Shown: positions 26,500 to 36,987, counted from the first letter of the stretch. The stretch: DNA of 64,000 bases from an uncultured Syntrophomonadaceae bacterium (GCA_964485855.1 CAZAKI010000003.1:26096-90095); one strand, 5' to 3'. Numbers and translations are program-made. The notes: generated by a model not told the origin, from the letters alone.

Positions 26500-28879
26500 T
26501 GTTATTAGAGAGCGAGAAATAAATATTCTCGAATTTGCAAAAATCAGAGACGAATTGGCAGCGCTTACAGTTTCGCCATTGGCAGCCCAAATGGCTTTAA
26601 ATCTTAAACCGACGGCTGATCCGCTGCTACTAAAAAAATGGCTCAGACAAACGGCTGATGCCAAGCTAATTTGTGCTCGCAACGCTTTTACTCCCGGATC
26701 TATTGAAGATATCAACCCTTACCAGATCAAAGCTAAAAAAGGGGCTGTCCTAAGCGGATTAGAGCTGGTAAAAATTCTGTTTTTCCTAAAGGCTGCCGCT
26801 CGATGGCTGCATTTTTTCAAGGACAATGAACAGTCACAACTCTACCCATCGCTTGCCGATTTGGCCGAACTAATTAACCCTTGTACTGAATTGGTTTTAG
26901 AGCTGGATGGATCACTTGATGAGGAGGGCCAACTTCTCGACAGTGCTTCAGCAGAACTAGGGCGGATGCGCAGCAAGAAAATAGGATTGCAGAATAAAAT
27001 CAGGGATAAAATGGATGATTACATCCGTAGTCCTAGTTATAAGAAATATTTGCAGGAAACCCTGATAACTATTCGTGGTGGGAGATATGTTTTGCCGGTC
27101 AGGCAAGAGTATCGACAAATGGTTGATGGAGTGGTTCACGATCAGTCGGCAAGCGGTGCAACTTTATTTATCGAACCTCTTCCAGTAGTCAGACTGCAAA
27201 ACGATTTAGTTGCCCTGCAACGACAAGAAGAGAAGGAATGCGAAAAAATATTACAACAACTTAGTGCCCTGGTTGCTAATCATGCTGAAGCTTTAGCACA
27301 TAACTACTCTCTCTATGCTGAACTTGATTTTATTGTCGCAAAGGGCCGGTTAAGTTTAAAAATGGGCGGTAATGAGCCTGAAATGGTAACTGAAAACAAA
27401 CAAAGATTGATTTTTGTTGATGCTTTCCATCCATTACTGCCCGCAGAAAAAGTCCCATTGAATTTAGATATTGGCGAACCCGCTCAAACCTTGGTCATAA
27501 CTGGTCCTAATACCGGGGGTAAGACAGTGACCCTGAAAACTATTGGCCTCTTAACGATTATGTTTCAGAGTGGAATGCATATTCCTGCCGGCAGAGAAAG
27601 CCGAGTTTCAGTTTTTAAACAGATCAGGGCCGATATCGGGGATGAGCAGAGTATTTCACAATCGCTTAGTACTTTTTCAGGACATATGAAAAATATTATC
27701 GAAATTCTTGAAACAGCCGATTCCGGAGCGTTGGTCCTTTTTGACGAGTTGGGAGCGGGGACGGATCCTTCAGAAGGCTCAGCGCTAGCTATGGCTATTC
27801 TTTCCGAATTAACTGCCAGAGAAGTTCTGACTGTCGCAACAACCCACATTAATGAATTAAAACTATTTGCCCAGGTCCAGGATCGCTTACAAAATGCTTC
27901 CATGGAATTTGATCCGGATACGCTTGCCCCTACTTATCGATTATTACAGGGGGTTCCGGGGCAGAGTAACGCTTTATATATTGCCGAGCAGCTAGGTTTA
28001 AAGCAAGCATTATTACAAAAAGCAAAAAGTTTTCTTCATCGCTCTCATGATCAGGTTGAGTCAGTTATAGCAAGTCTGGTCGAGGATCAACAGCGCTATC
28101 ACCGGGATAGTCGGCAGGCTGCCTTAGAAAGAAGCCGGGCGGAACTTGTATCGCTTGAACTGGATAAAGAACGGGAGTTACTGAAGGCCCGAAAAGCTGA
28201 CATAATAAAGGAAGCACGGGAGGAAGCACGACGGTTGATTCGTAATACTAAAAGCAGCCTGGAACAGATCACAAAAGAATTAAATGAAATAAAACAATGG
28301 AAAAATGCTGATCACGATCCGGCGATAAGCAAGATCAGACAGGAACTTAGTGCGATTCGGCGGGAAATTGATCTCGAAGAAGAAACTTCTTATGCTGGAG
28401 AAGGGATTTCTGAGCAAGATCTAAAAGCCGGAGTTCAGGTTTATGTTCCCAGCATTAAGCAAGAAGGTGAAGTAGTTAATTTCAATGAAGAAGAAGCATT
28501 AATACAGATCGGGTCAATGAAAGTTAGTATTGCGATAAACGAATTAAGGAAGAGTGGAACACAAGAATTTATTAATAGTAAAAAAGAAAAACAATTAAAT
28601 ACGGGTGGTTATACTGTCCAAAAGGATTTAATGATTACCAGTTCAATTGATTTACGGGGCTTAAACTTTGAAGAAGCCCGTCCTCTGGTTGATAAATTAC
28701 TTGACAATGCTCTCTGGGCCGGGTTGGGCCGGGTTGATCTGATTCATGGTAAAGGAACAGGTAAACTGAAAGAAGGCTTGCGCTTTTATCTGAAGGAACA
28801 CCTTCTGGTAAGCTCATTCCGCAGCGGAAGCCCCTCAGAGGGGGGCGAAGGAGTAACCGTGGTTGAGATAAAAACTTAA
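26492..28879 (+). CDS. mutS2: Endonuclease MutS2 (MutS domain, ATPase and C-terminal Smr)
   Basis: Walker A GPNTGGKT, with a Smr domain at the C-terminus. GTG start after RBS aggagagag. Confidence 0.9.
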   Translation: MINVIREREINILEFAKIRDELAALTVSPLAAQMALNLKPTADPLLLKKWLRQTADAKLICARNAFTPGSIEDINPYQIKAKKGAVLSGLELVKILFFLKAAARWLHFFKDNEQSQLYPSLADLAELINPCTELVLELDGSLDEEGQLLDSASAELGRMRSKKIGLQNKIRDKMDDYIRSPSYKKYLQETLITIRGGRYVLPVRQEYRQMVDGVVHDQSASGATLFIEPLPVVRLQNDLVALQRQEEKECEKILQQLSALVANHAEALAHNYSLYAELDFIVAKGRLSLKMGGNEPEMVTENKQRLIFVDAFHPLLPAEKVPLNLDIGEPAQTLVITGPNTGGKTVTLKTIGLLTIMFQSGMHIPAGRESRVSVFKQIRADIGDEQSISQSLSTFSGHMKNIIEILETADSGALVLFDELGAGTDPSEGSALAMAILSELTAREVLTVATTHINELKLFAQVQDRLQNASMEFDPDTLAPTYRLLQGVPGQSNALYIAEQLGLKQALLQKAKSFLHRSHDQVESVIASLVEDQQRYHRDSRQAALERSRAELVSLELDKERELLKARKADIIKEAREEARRLIRNTKSSLEQITKELNEIKQWKNADHDPAISKIRQELSAIRREIDLEEETSYAGEGISEQDLKAGVQVYVPSIKQEGEVVNFNEEEALIQIGSMKVSIAINELRKSGTQEFINSKKEKQLNTGGYTVQKDLMITSSIDLRGLNFEEARPLVDKLLDNALWAGLGRVDLIHGKGTGKLKEGLRFYLKEHLLVSSFRSGSPSEGGEGVTVVEIKT

Positions 28880-28890
28880 GGGGGATTTCT

Positions 28891-29163
28891 TTGAATCAGG
28901 AACGAATACGAGCAGCCCTGATATCACTACTGGAGCCGGGAATCTTTAAGACTACAGCTCAGCTGGTGGAGGAGTTGCGGATGGAATATCCTTCTCTCTG
29001 GAAATCACTGGAAATGGAAGGAAAGATGCTCTATGGACATAGCTGCAGCGCTCAGCAGCAGCCGGTTACAAGTGTCGCCCAAGTTTTGCTTACTCTTCCA
29101 ACCGAGCATTGTATCCGAGAAAAAAAGGGTAAGCTCCAAGTTTGGAGCAAACCCGATAAATAG
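28891..29163 (+). CDS. Hypothetical small cytoplasmic protein (about 90 aa)
   Basis: ORF with an RBS (aagggggatttc then TTG). No family recognised from sequence. Confidence 0.4.
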   Translation: MNQERIRAALISLLEPGIFKTTAQLVEELRMEYPSLWKSLEMEGKMLYGHSCSAQQQPVTSVAQVLLTLPTEHCIREKKGKLQVWSKPDK

Positions 29164-29182
29164 CATTTTTCAATGTAAATGA

Positions 29183-32038
29183 TTAGTCGTTCATAAAAAG
29201 TTGATATTCACTAACAACCAGGTAAACTAGAGTCCCCCTTCTTACCGAAGTTCCCGCTTCAGGAGACTGCGATAGTACCGACCGGCGCGGTTGAGTTTCA
29301 TCAACCCTTAATTCAGTAGGGCCGATTTTTAGACCGGCTCTAGCTATGGTTGATTCGGCAATCGGTTGGAATTCGCCCACCACATTTGGAACAGTAACCA
29401 TTTCGCTTAATGTCTGGCCGGGCATTTGGAAAAATCCACTATCTCCGGTTGCCCTGGTATTTACACTGACAGTAGCTGGATCGGAAAGCGTACCATCGGC
29501 ATAAAGTGCTGAAAGCGTATAGTTATAGAAAGCATGATCATCCAGGCCGGAGTCTGTATATTGACGCGAGTTGGCATTTAGTTCATAAGTCTCTCCGTTG
29601 CCGGTATCTTGACCGGTTCGGTTTAGGACGAAACCGCTTACTGGGGGGCCGTTATACTGCCACTGCAGGGTAACACCACCCGGGACTACATAAGCTGTAA
29701 AGAGGTTGATTTCCCTCGTGGTTGTACCTGGTTGTTCAGCCAAATCAAAAATGCCTCCAGATGATCTTTCTTTGGCATCTTCGGGGCCTCTTCCCGGTCC
29801 ACCTTCTTTGGACCAACGTTCATCAGTGATGATATAAGGTGGACGATTGTAAAAAACTCCAGTATGCATGTTACAGGTTTCGCCGGGAACCCGTCCTTCT
29901 ATAAAGTAATCGCTGATTACAGTCCCTGCAGAGTTGCAAGCGTTATTCGGTGTCAGGCCGGATTTATTACAGACTGAAGCGGTTACTATTCCATCCGGCT
30001 TAATAAACTGCTGAATTTCCAGATCTTCGAATACATCAAGAAATACTTCGCGTAAGAATACGGTAGAATAACGCCAACCTTGTCTGATGCTTCCGGTTTT
30101 TGGTTCATCATAACCCATCCAGAAAGATGCCACCAGGTTTGGAGTGTAGGCAACGAGATATACATCTTTCCAGTTTTCGGTAGTGCCTGTTTTTGCAGCA
30201 ACAGGACGGTCGATCTGCAGCGCTCGTCCGAGGTATTTCGTAACAAAATCCTGTAAAATGTCATTAACCAGGAACGCAGCTTCGGGACTAAGAATTTGTT
30301 GTGGTTCCGGTTTGAACTCGTAAATAATATCGCCGTGGCGGTCTATAATTTTTTCAACGCTATGCAGGTCGACCCTTACACCACTATTGGCTAAAACGCT
30401 GTATGCCTGGGCCATATCGATCGCACTGACTCCATAAGTCAGTCCACCGAGGGTTAAACTTAAATTGTCAACTTCATCGGGGTGCAAAGTGGAAATGCCC
30501 ATTTTTTCAGCATAAGCAGCGCCAACCCGGGGACCGAGTGCTTCCAGGGCCCTTATAGCCGGAATATTATATGAAAAATAAAGTGCTTCTCGGGCGGTAA
30601 TCATTCCCCTGAATTTATAATCAAAGTTTTCCGGGAACCAATTGCCCTGGGGATTAATATAAGGTGAATCATCCAGGGTTGAACCTGCCCCGGCAAGAAT
30701 TCCTTCTTCAAACGCCGGTCCGTAAGTAACAATTGGTTTGATTGCTGAACCTGGTTGCCGCAGGGTGACGAAGCGCAGAACTTCATTAACCCTTTTTTTG
30801 TATTCCCTGCCTCCACCCAGAGCTTTGATCTGTCCGGTGGTCGGATCGGCAAGGACTATTGCAGCCTGAGGTTGAGGGACTCCCCCTTCTTCATCAACCA
30901 GTTCTTCCAATTGGGCCCTGGTAAGATCTCGGTCGGCGGGCAGCTCTGCTACTGCTTCCCGGACTTTGGGCATATTAAGAAAGATAGTTGTGGGGTAGAG
31001 TTCCGTTCGGGCCAGAACATCTTCAACATGTAACTGAATTTCTGGCTCAAGATTGGTGTGGACGCGTAATCCTCCAGTATAGATGGCACGATATGCCTCT
31101 TCAACAGAGCCGATAGTTGGTATTGCGCTCAAAATGCTGATCAGCTCATGATGAACTACATAGTCTACATAGTGAGGGTAAGGATAATCATCCGGGCTTT
31201 GTCTCTCGGCGTAGCGCAGCGGTTGGTCGAGGGCATCCTGGTAATCTGTAGAGCTAAGCAGGCCAATCCTAAGCATATTGGCCAGAACAACCTGCATTCT
31301 TCCTTCAGCTTCGGTTACGTTGTCGATCGGGTTAAAAAAATTAGGCCAGCGAACAGCACCGGCGATCATTGCTGCTTCGGCTAGATTTAAATCCCCAATA
31401 TCTTTTCCAAAGTAGGTTTGGGCGGCAGCCTGAACACCGTAAGCACCATTGCCGAAATAGATCCGGTTTAAGTAAAGCTCGAGGATTTCATTTTTCGAGT
31501 AGTTCCTCTCAAGTTGGATGGCGAGCCAGATTTCCTGAATTTTTCGCTTATAGCTGGTCTCGGTTGTCAGGAAAGCATTCTGGGCGAGCTGCTGGGTGAT
31601 GGTGCTGGCTCCCTGTACTATCGTTCCAGCCCGCAAATTTGCATATGCCGCTCTTAAACTTCCGGTCAGATCAAAGCCGAAATGCTTATAAAAACGCTCA
31701 TCCTCAATGGCGATGAAGGCATCAATTACATGCTGGGGAATCTCATCTAAGCCCATGGCTATTCGATTTTGTTCATCATGAAGGGCGGTAATTTCGTTAC
31801 CATTTTTATCAAAAAGATATGATGTTTCAACGGTTTCAAGACGCTGCGGATCAAGGGGTGGAGCATCATTGATGTAAGTGATAACCAGTGCAGCAGCACT
31901 GCCTCCAACGATAATCAACGAGGTAAGCACAGCAAGCAGGGTAACTTTTATTTTTTTATTTCGGGTCCACCGCTTTTTTGGTTTTTCCTCGTTGGTGCCC
32001 GAAATATTTTGATCAAAAGGTAGTTTCTTTTCTGCCAC
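29183..32038 (-). CDS. Class A penicillin-binding protein (glycosyltransferase plus transpeptidase) with C-terminal FN3-like and PASTA domains
   Basis: GT51 motifs (EDERFYKHFG, RxGASTITQQ). TP motifs SAIKP and KTGT. C-terminal segment VPNVVGE…SQSPEAGTSVRRGTLVYLVVSE is PASTA-like. Confidence 0.85.
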   Translation of the reverse strand: MAEKKLPFDQNISGTNEEKPKKRWTRNKKIKVTLLAVLTSLIIVGGSAAALVITYINDAPPLDPQRLETVETSYLFDKNGNEITALHDEQNRIAMGLDEIPQHVIDAFIAIEDERFYKHFGFDLTGSLRAAYANLRAGTIVQGASTITQQLAQNAFLTTETSYKRKIQEIWLAIQLERNYSKNEILELYLNRIYFGNGAYGVQAAAQTYFGKDIGDLNLAEAAMIAGAVRWPNFFNPIDNVTEAEGRMQVVLANMLRIGLLSSTDYQDALDQPLRYAERQSPDDYPYPHYVDYVVHHELISILSAIPTIGSVEEAYRAIYTGGLRVHTNLEPEIQLHVEDVLARTELYPTTIFLNMPKVREAVAELPADRDLTRAQLEELVDEEGGVPQPQAAIVLADPTTGQIKALGGGREYKKRVNEVLRFVTLRQPGSAIKPIVTYGPAFEEGILAGAGSTLDDSPYINPQGNWFPENFDYKFRGMITAREALYFSYNIPAIRALEALGPRVGAAYAEKMGISTLHPDEVDNLSLTLGGLTYGVSAIDMAQAYSVLANSGVRVDLHSVEKIIDRHGDIIYEFKPEPQQILSPEAAFLVNDILQDFVTKYLGRALQIDRPVAAKTGTTENWKDVYLVAYTPNLVASFWMGYDEPKTGSIRQGWRYSTVFLREVFLDVFEDLEIQQFIKPDGIVTASVCNKSGLTPNNACNSAGTVISDYFIEGRVPGETCNMHTGVFYNRPPYIITDERWSKEGGPGRGPEDAKERSSGGIFDLAEQPGTTTREINLFTAYVVPGGVTLQWQYNGPPVSGFVLNRTGQDTGNGETYELNANSRQYTDSGLDDHAFYNYTLSALYADGTLSDPATVSVNTRATGDSGFFQMPGQTLSEMVTVPNVVGEFQPIAESTIARAGLKIGPTELRVDETQPRRSVLSQSPEAGTSVRRGTLVYLVVSEYQLFMND

Positions 32039-32233
32039 TTAGATCTGGACCTCCTAAATCATTAAAAATAGATTGGCTCAATTATAACATATTGTTTGTT
32101 ACTCAATAGGTTCGGCCCATCTGATTTTTATGCCTAAAAAATAGATTACTCTACCTATTTATTTATTGATCAGGTAAAATATTAATTGGTTGAAATAAAT
32201 AGTTTTCTTTTATCTTCAAAGGAGGATTCGAAA

Positions 32234-34417
32234 TTGACAAATTTGCACCTTACGAAGCACTATCGGCCAGGATCTAAAGAACTGGAAACTTTTTTCTATC
32301 CTTCATCAATTGCTGTGATTGGTGCCAGCCAAAATCCTTTAAAACCAAATGGTATTCCGCTTTACCTGCTTAGTATGTTCGGCTATCCCGGTGAAATTTA
32401 CCCGGTTAATCCCAAATATGAACGGGTTGGCGGGTTAAAGTGTTATCCGAATATTAATGATATAGAAGGTCCTGTAGATTTAGCTATAGTTGGAGTTGCA
32501 GCTGCCCAGGTAATGACAGTTTTGAAAGACTGTGTCCATAAGAAAGTTAAGTCGGTCATTGTTTTCACATCCGGTTTTGCTGAGGTCAGCGAGGAAGGAA
32601 GACTAGAACAGAAGCATATGCGCAAGCTCGCTGAGGAAAATGAAATGCGGATCTTAGGCCCAAATTGTCTTGGTATCCTTAATTATTATAATGGATGTAT
32701 GGCCAGTTTTTTCTATAACCAGGAAAGAAGTGACCTGGTGCATCCGGAATTACTTTCTTTTATTACCCAGAGTGGCGGTCTGGGTGGAATAATCTATCAA
32801 ATGATTATGCAGCTTTCCATCGGTTTCAACTACTTTGTCAGCACCGGGAACGAAGCAGATGTTTCTTTTGCGGAAATTCTTCATTACCTGGTTAACCGGG
32901 AGGAGGTTTCAATTGTTGCCGGTTACCTTGAAGGACTTCAGGGAGACGGTCGCCTGTTTATTGATGCTTGTCAGAAAGCGCTTGAACAGAAAAAACTAGT
33001 TACAATGCTTAAGGTTGGTAAAACTTCCAGCGGCGCTGATGCAGCAGCTTCACATACCGGAGCTCTGGTTGGTGCAGATCAGGTTTATGAAGGGGTTTTT
33101 CAACAGTTTGGTGTAGTGCGTGCCGATGATGTCGAACAGATGAACGCCCTAGTTACTCTCTATGCAACCGGGCGTCTGCCGACCGGTAAGAATATGGCAG
33201 TGATCACCATATCCGGTGGCGGCGGTGTAGTTGTTGCCGATAAGTGCCCGGAATATAAGCTAGAGGTGGTCAAACTGACCGAGGAGACTCAAGACAAGCT
33301 AAGGGAATTTTTCCCTGCCTTTGGTGCTGTAAAAAATCCGGTTGATCTTACCTCACAGCTTTTTATTGACACAACTCTTTTTCAGCGAGCCCTGAGGCTG
33401 GTCATGCAGGACCCAAATATTGATGTCGGCGGTTTTTTCTATAACCTGGAAATGCCTGATCCGGATGCAGTAACAAAAATTATTGAAGTTTACAAAGAGA
33501 TCGACAAACCATTGGTGATCTTTACCTGGCCTACCGGTCAGGATTATGCTCTTGAAGCAAAAAAAACTTTAATCCAGGCCGGGGTACCGGTCATTGAACA
33601 TATTCCAAGCGGCTTGTGGGCAATCAGTGCCCTTGCTGATTGGTTCAGAAAAACAAAAAACCGGAAAAGTTACCCGGTTTTCAAAACAGGGACTATGCAG
33701 GAACTCTCACTTGCTATTCTTGCAGAAAATCAAGAATATCCTGGGAAAGCCCTTTCTGAGTGGCGCTCAAAGAAGATATTATCGACGTACGGTATTCCGG
33801 TTACCAAGGAGATTTTGGTTCAAACCGCAAATGAAGCTCTGGTGGCTGCAAAAGAAATCGGTTTTCCTGTAGCGATGAAAATCATGTCAGCCGACTTGGT
33901 GCATAAAACTGATATTGGTGGGGTACTGCTTAATATTAGCAATGCTGAACAAGTGAAAAGGGCTTATGCTGATCTGTTATCGATTGGAAGATCGAATAGT
34001 CCAGATGCCAAGATCGAGGGCATATTGATCCAGGAGATGATTGATCCTGGTCTTGAAGTGATCGTCGGTGTTAAGAATGATCCTATCTTTGGAACAGCAG
34101 TGGCTCTGGGATTAGGAGGCATTCATGTCGAAATCTTAAAAGATGTTTCGATTCGGGTTCTGCCGCTGAGTGAAGAAGATGCCTGGAATATGATCGAAGA
34201 GCTAAAGGGCAGCGCTTTGTTCAAGGGAGTGAGAGGCAGCTTGCCGCGAGACACCAAAGCACTGGTAGATATTTTACTGAAGGTGTCCCGGATGGCTTCA
34301 GAGCTTGAAGGTAAATTTGTTGAAATTGATATCAACCCGCTTATGGTCAGAGCAACCGGTGAAGGAGCAGTCGCCGTTGATGCTTTGATCATAACAGCAA
34401 ATTCAGGGACACTGTAA
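32234..34417 (+). CDS. Acetate--CoA ligase (ADP-forming), fused alpha/beta (CoA-binding plus ATP-grasp)
   Basis: N-terminal CoA-binding Rossmann (SIAVIGAS), His-containing SHTGA site, C-terminal ATP-grasp. TTG at 32234 lies 8 nt after GGAGG. The ORF-track start at 32186 includes that RBS. Confidence 0.8.
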   Translation: MTNLHLTKHYRPGSKELETFFYPSSIAVIGASQNPLKPNGIPLYLLSMFGYPGEIYPVNPKYERVGGLKCYPNINDIEGPVDLAIVGVAAAQVMTVLKDCVHKKVKSVIVFTSGFAEVSEEGRLEQKHMRKLAEENEMRILGPNCLGILNYYNGCMASFFYNQERSDLVHPELLSFITQSGGLGGIIYQMIMQLSIGFNYFVSTGNEADVSFAEILHYLVNREEVSIVAGYLEGLQGDGRLFIDACQKALEQKKLVTMLKVGKTSSGADAAASHTGALVGADQVYEGVFQQFGVVRADDVEQMNALVTLYATGRLPTGKNMAVITISGGGGVVVADKCPEYKLEVVKLTEETQDKLREFFPAFGAVKNPVDLTSQLFIDTTLFQRALRLVMQDPNIDVGGFFYNLEMPDPDAVTKIIEVYKEIDKPLVIFTWPTGQDYALEAKKTLIQAGVPVIEHIPSGLWAISALADWFRKTKNRKSYPVFKTGTMQELSLAILAENQEYPGKALSEWRSKKILSTYGIPVTKEILVQTANEALVAAKEIGFPVAMKIMSADLVHKTDIGGVLLNISNAEQVKRAYADLLSIGRSNSPDAKIEGILIQEMIDPGLEVIVGVKNDPIFGTAVALGLGGIHVEILKDVSIRVLPLSEEDAWNMIEELKGSALFKGVRGSLPRDTKALVDILLKVSRMASELEGKFVEIDINPLMVRATGEGAVAVDALIITANSGTL

Positions 34418-34457
34418 AACTGGCATACTATGTTATAATCGTTATAGGTGAGCATCA

Positions 34458-34877
34458 GTGAAGCAATATAAAATTATGAAAGCAGATTATGCGATCATTG
34501 GTCTGATCATAGTCATTGGTCTGGCCGGGTTTTTGTTTAACTGGCAGGGTGCCACTGCCGCAGAGCGTAAGTATGCTACTATTTATGTCGATAACAAGGC
34601 GGTTACGGAACTTTCACTGGCGCCGGGCGAGAAGTTTACTTACACTCTTTATTTCGGAGATCATCATCAACATGAAGCATTTATCGAAGTCGATGACGGA
34701 CGAATCAGAATGTTACCTATTGATGAGAATTTGTGTCCCAGAGCGGTATGTTCACATACGGGATGGATCGAACATAGTTATGAAAGTATTGTCTGTCTGC
34801 CTAATCAAATCATGATTGTGTTTTCTAATTCTGTAGGCAGTGAAAATAAAGATGGGATTGACAGTATAACATATTAA
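34458..34877 (+). CDS. NusG domain II-containing small membrane-anchored protein (DUF1312-like)
   Basis: 139 aa with an N-terminal TM and a beta-rich domain carrying conserved Cys. The assignment is tentative. Confidence 0.45.
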   Translation: MKQYKIMKADYAIIGLIIVIGLAGFLFNWQGATAAERKYATIYVDNKAVTELSLAPGEKFTYTLYFGDHHQHEAFIEVDDGRIRMLPIDENLCPRAVCSHTGWIEHSYESIVCLPNQIMIVFSNSVGSENKDGIDSITY

Positions 34878-34938
34878 TTTTTAATATGATGCTATTATTC
34901 CTTTTTTGGAGATTTGAAAGAACCTGTTTCGAACTCTG

Positions 34939-34967
34939 TTGACAAAGGAATATGTGGTTTATATAAT
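34939..34967 (+). promoter_or_regulatory. Perfect-consensus sigma-A promoter (TTGACA, 17 nt spacer, TATAAT) for yceD-rpmF
   Basis: Both hexamers exact, about 30 bp upstream of the yceD start. Confidence 0.65.
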
Positions 34968-34997
34968 TACTTTAGTTTTTTTCGGGGTTAATAAGCT

Positions 34998-35531
34998 ATG
35001 CAGATCTACTTGCCTGAATTGATGCTTAAGCAGGGCGAAGCTGTGGATTATAGTTTCGTTGAAGATCTTGCGGTTTGCTTCGATGATTTTCCTGAAGGCG
35101 GGAACCTAGAGCTGTCCTTAGCGGCTTCGCTCAGCGGTGATCAGGTTGTGATCAATGGTTGCTTGGCGGTATCTACTTCAGCCATATGTTCCAGATGCCT
35201 GGAGCCGTTTAACCAAGTTTTTAAAACCGCTTTCAACGAAGCTTTTACTATCCTTAAGATTTCATCAGTTGAAAAAAACAGGGATGCCCAAGCGGTTGAA
35301 ACGGCAAATAAGCTTACGGTTTCAGGAGATTATCTTTATCTGGACGAGTACATTCGCCAGTTAATTATTTTAGCTCAGGAGTATAATCCGTTATGTAATC
35401 CCGGTTGCAAAGGCATTTGTGCCGGTTGTGGCCAGGATTTAAATAAATCCTCCTGTCGCTGCAGCAATAGCCAAATTAAGGATGTAAGATTACTAAAGTT
35501 AAAAGAATTATTTCATGATCAAGAAGTCTAA
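34998..35531 (+). CDS. yceD: YceD/DUF177 family protein (23S rRNA accumulation protein)
   Basis: C-terminal CxxC…CxxC cluster. Conserved position immediately upstream of rpmF. Confidence 0.85.
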   Translation: MQIYLPELMLKQGEAVDYSFVEDLAVCFDDFPEGGNLELSLAASLSGDQVVINGCLAVSTSAICSRCLEPFNQVFKTAFNEAFTILKISSVEKNRDAQAVETANKLTVSGDYLYLDEYIRQLIILAQEYNPLCNPGCKGICAGCGQDLNKSSCRCSNSQIKDVRLLKLKELFHDQEV

Positions 35532-35546
35532 CAAGGAGGAGTTAAT

Positions 35547-35723
35547 ATGGCTGTTCCAAAGCGAAGGACCTCAAAGTCCAAGCGAAACATGAGGCGGTCT
35601 CAGAGCAAACTGACAGTTCCCCATTTAGTTCCCTGCCCGCAATGCCATGAACTAAAGCCTACTCATCGGGTTTGTCTAAACTGTGGCTATTATAAAGACC
35701 GAGAAGCAGTTAAAGTGAATTAA
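35547..35723 (+). CDS. rpmF: 50S ribosomal protein L32 (zinc-ribbon form); not present in the ORF track
   Basis: The translation reads MAVPKRRTSKSKRNMRRSQSKLTVPHLVPCPQCHELKPTHRVCLNCGYYKDREAVKVN. RBS aaggagga lies 6 nt upstream. Confidence 0.9.
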   Translation: MAVPKRRTSKSKRNMRRSQSKLTVPHLVPCPQCHELKPTHRVCLNCGYYKDREAVKVN

Positions 35724-35733
35724 CTTTAATATC

Positions 35734-35790
35734 GATCTACCCCTTTTATCAAGTGAATAAAAGGGGTAGATCATTTTATCAGCTCTTTTT
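35734..35790 (+). terminator. Strong rho-independent terminator after rpmF
   Basis: gatctaccccttttat…ataaaaggggtagatc followed by a T-run. Confidence 0.7.
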
Positions 35791-35809
35791 TTAAGAGGAA
35801 GTGGTCTGA

Positions 35810-36832
35810 TTGGTCAAGGTGGCAGTTGATGCCATGGGAGGGGATAATGCTCCCGAAGAGATAGTCAAAGGCGCAATTTCTGCGCTTTCTTCATTAAATG
35901 ACCTATATATATATTTAGTTGGTCGTCAAGAGATCATCGAGCCGATCTTAAAACAGCTAGATTATCAGTCTTCCCGTGTCGAGATAATCCATGCCGATGA
36001 AATGATTAGCAGTAATGACGATCCGGGTTTATCAATTCGTAATAAAAAGGATTCTTCAATGGTTACTGCTTTGCAGATGGTTAGAAACGGCGAGGCAGAG
36101 GCAGTGATCAGTGCCGGCAATACCGGAGCGTTTATGGTTGGGGGGCTCCTATTTTTAGGCCGGATTGGTCGGATCAGCAGACCCGCACTATTAACTCCGA
36201 TGCCCAGTTTTAGTGGCAGACCAGTACTATATTTAGATGTCGGAGCAAATATGGATGCCCGTCCTTTTCAGTTGTTGCAGTATGCTTATATGGGTAAAAT
36301 TTATGCCGAAATGATCCTGAACAACCCAAATCCAAGGATAGCCTTGCTTAATGTCGGGACTGAAGCGAATAAAGGTAACAGCCAGGTTAAGAAAGCGCAC
36401 CTACTTTTTATAAAAAATTTGCCCGGTTTTATTGGTAATATTGAAGGAACCGAAGCATATTTTGACGCAGCCGACGTTGTGGTTTGTGATGGTTTTGTCG
36501 GCAATATATTTTTGAAAACCTCAGAAGGGCTTTCCAGGGCAATTTTAAGCTATATCAGACAAAAAATTAAAAGTAGTATTAGGTACAAAGCCGGAGCGTT
36601 CCTGTTACAGCCAGTATTTTTAAGTTTAAAAGAACAGGTAGATGCTTCTGGTTATGGTGGAGCGCCTCTTTTGGGGGTAAAAGGACTTTGCGTCAAGTGT
36701 CACGGTTCATCCAAAGCCAGAGCCATTGAACAGTCGATTCATAAGCAGGTATACCCATTCGTGAAGAAAAAACTGATCGGCCTTTTTGAAGATGCCTTAG
36801 AAAACTTACAGGTTGACTACGTTGAACAATAA
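35810..36832 (+). CDS. plsX: Phosphate acyltransferase PlsX
   Basis: The N-terminus KVAVDAMGGDNAP is conserved. Confidence 0.9.
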   Translation: MVKVAVDAMGGDNAPEEIVKGAISALSSLNDLYIYLVGRQEIIEPILKQLDYQSSRVEIIHADEMISSNDDPGLSIRNKKDSSMVTALQMVRNGEAEAVISAGNTGAFMVGGLLFLGRIGRISRPALLTPMPSFSGRPVLYLDVGANMDARPFQLLQYAYMGKIYAEMILNNPNPRIALLNVGTEANKGNSQVKKAHLLFIKNLPGFIGNIEGTEAYFDAADVVVCDGFVGNIFLKTSEGLSRAILSYIRQKIKSSIRYKAGAFLLQPVFLSLKEQVDASGYGGAPLLGVKGLCVKCHGSSKARAIEQSIHKQVYPFVKKKLIGLFEDALENLQVDYVEQ

Positions 36833-36987
36833 ACTTATACCATTAAGCCACAGATGACTCTATTGATCATTTAGTTATTATTGATATACTAAATTTAAAC
36901 TTTGAAATACTTAAGACTTTTTCTGCTTGTCTGCTTGACTGATCAATCAATAGCCTAGTCTGAGTTTATGCGAGAGGAGGTGGCCAG

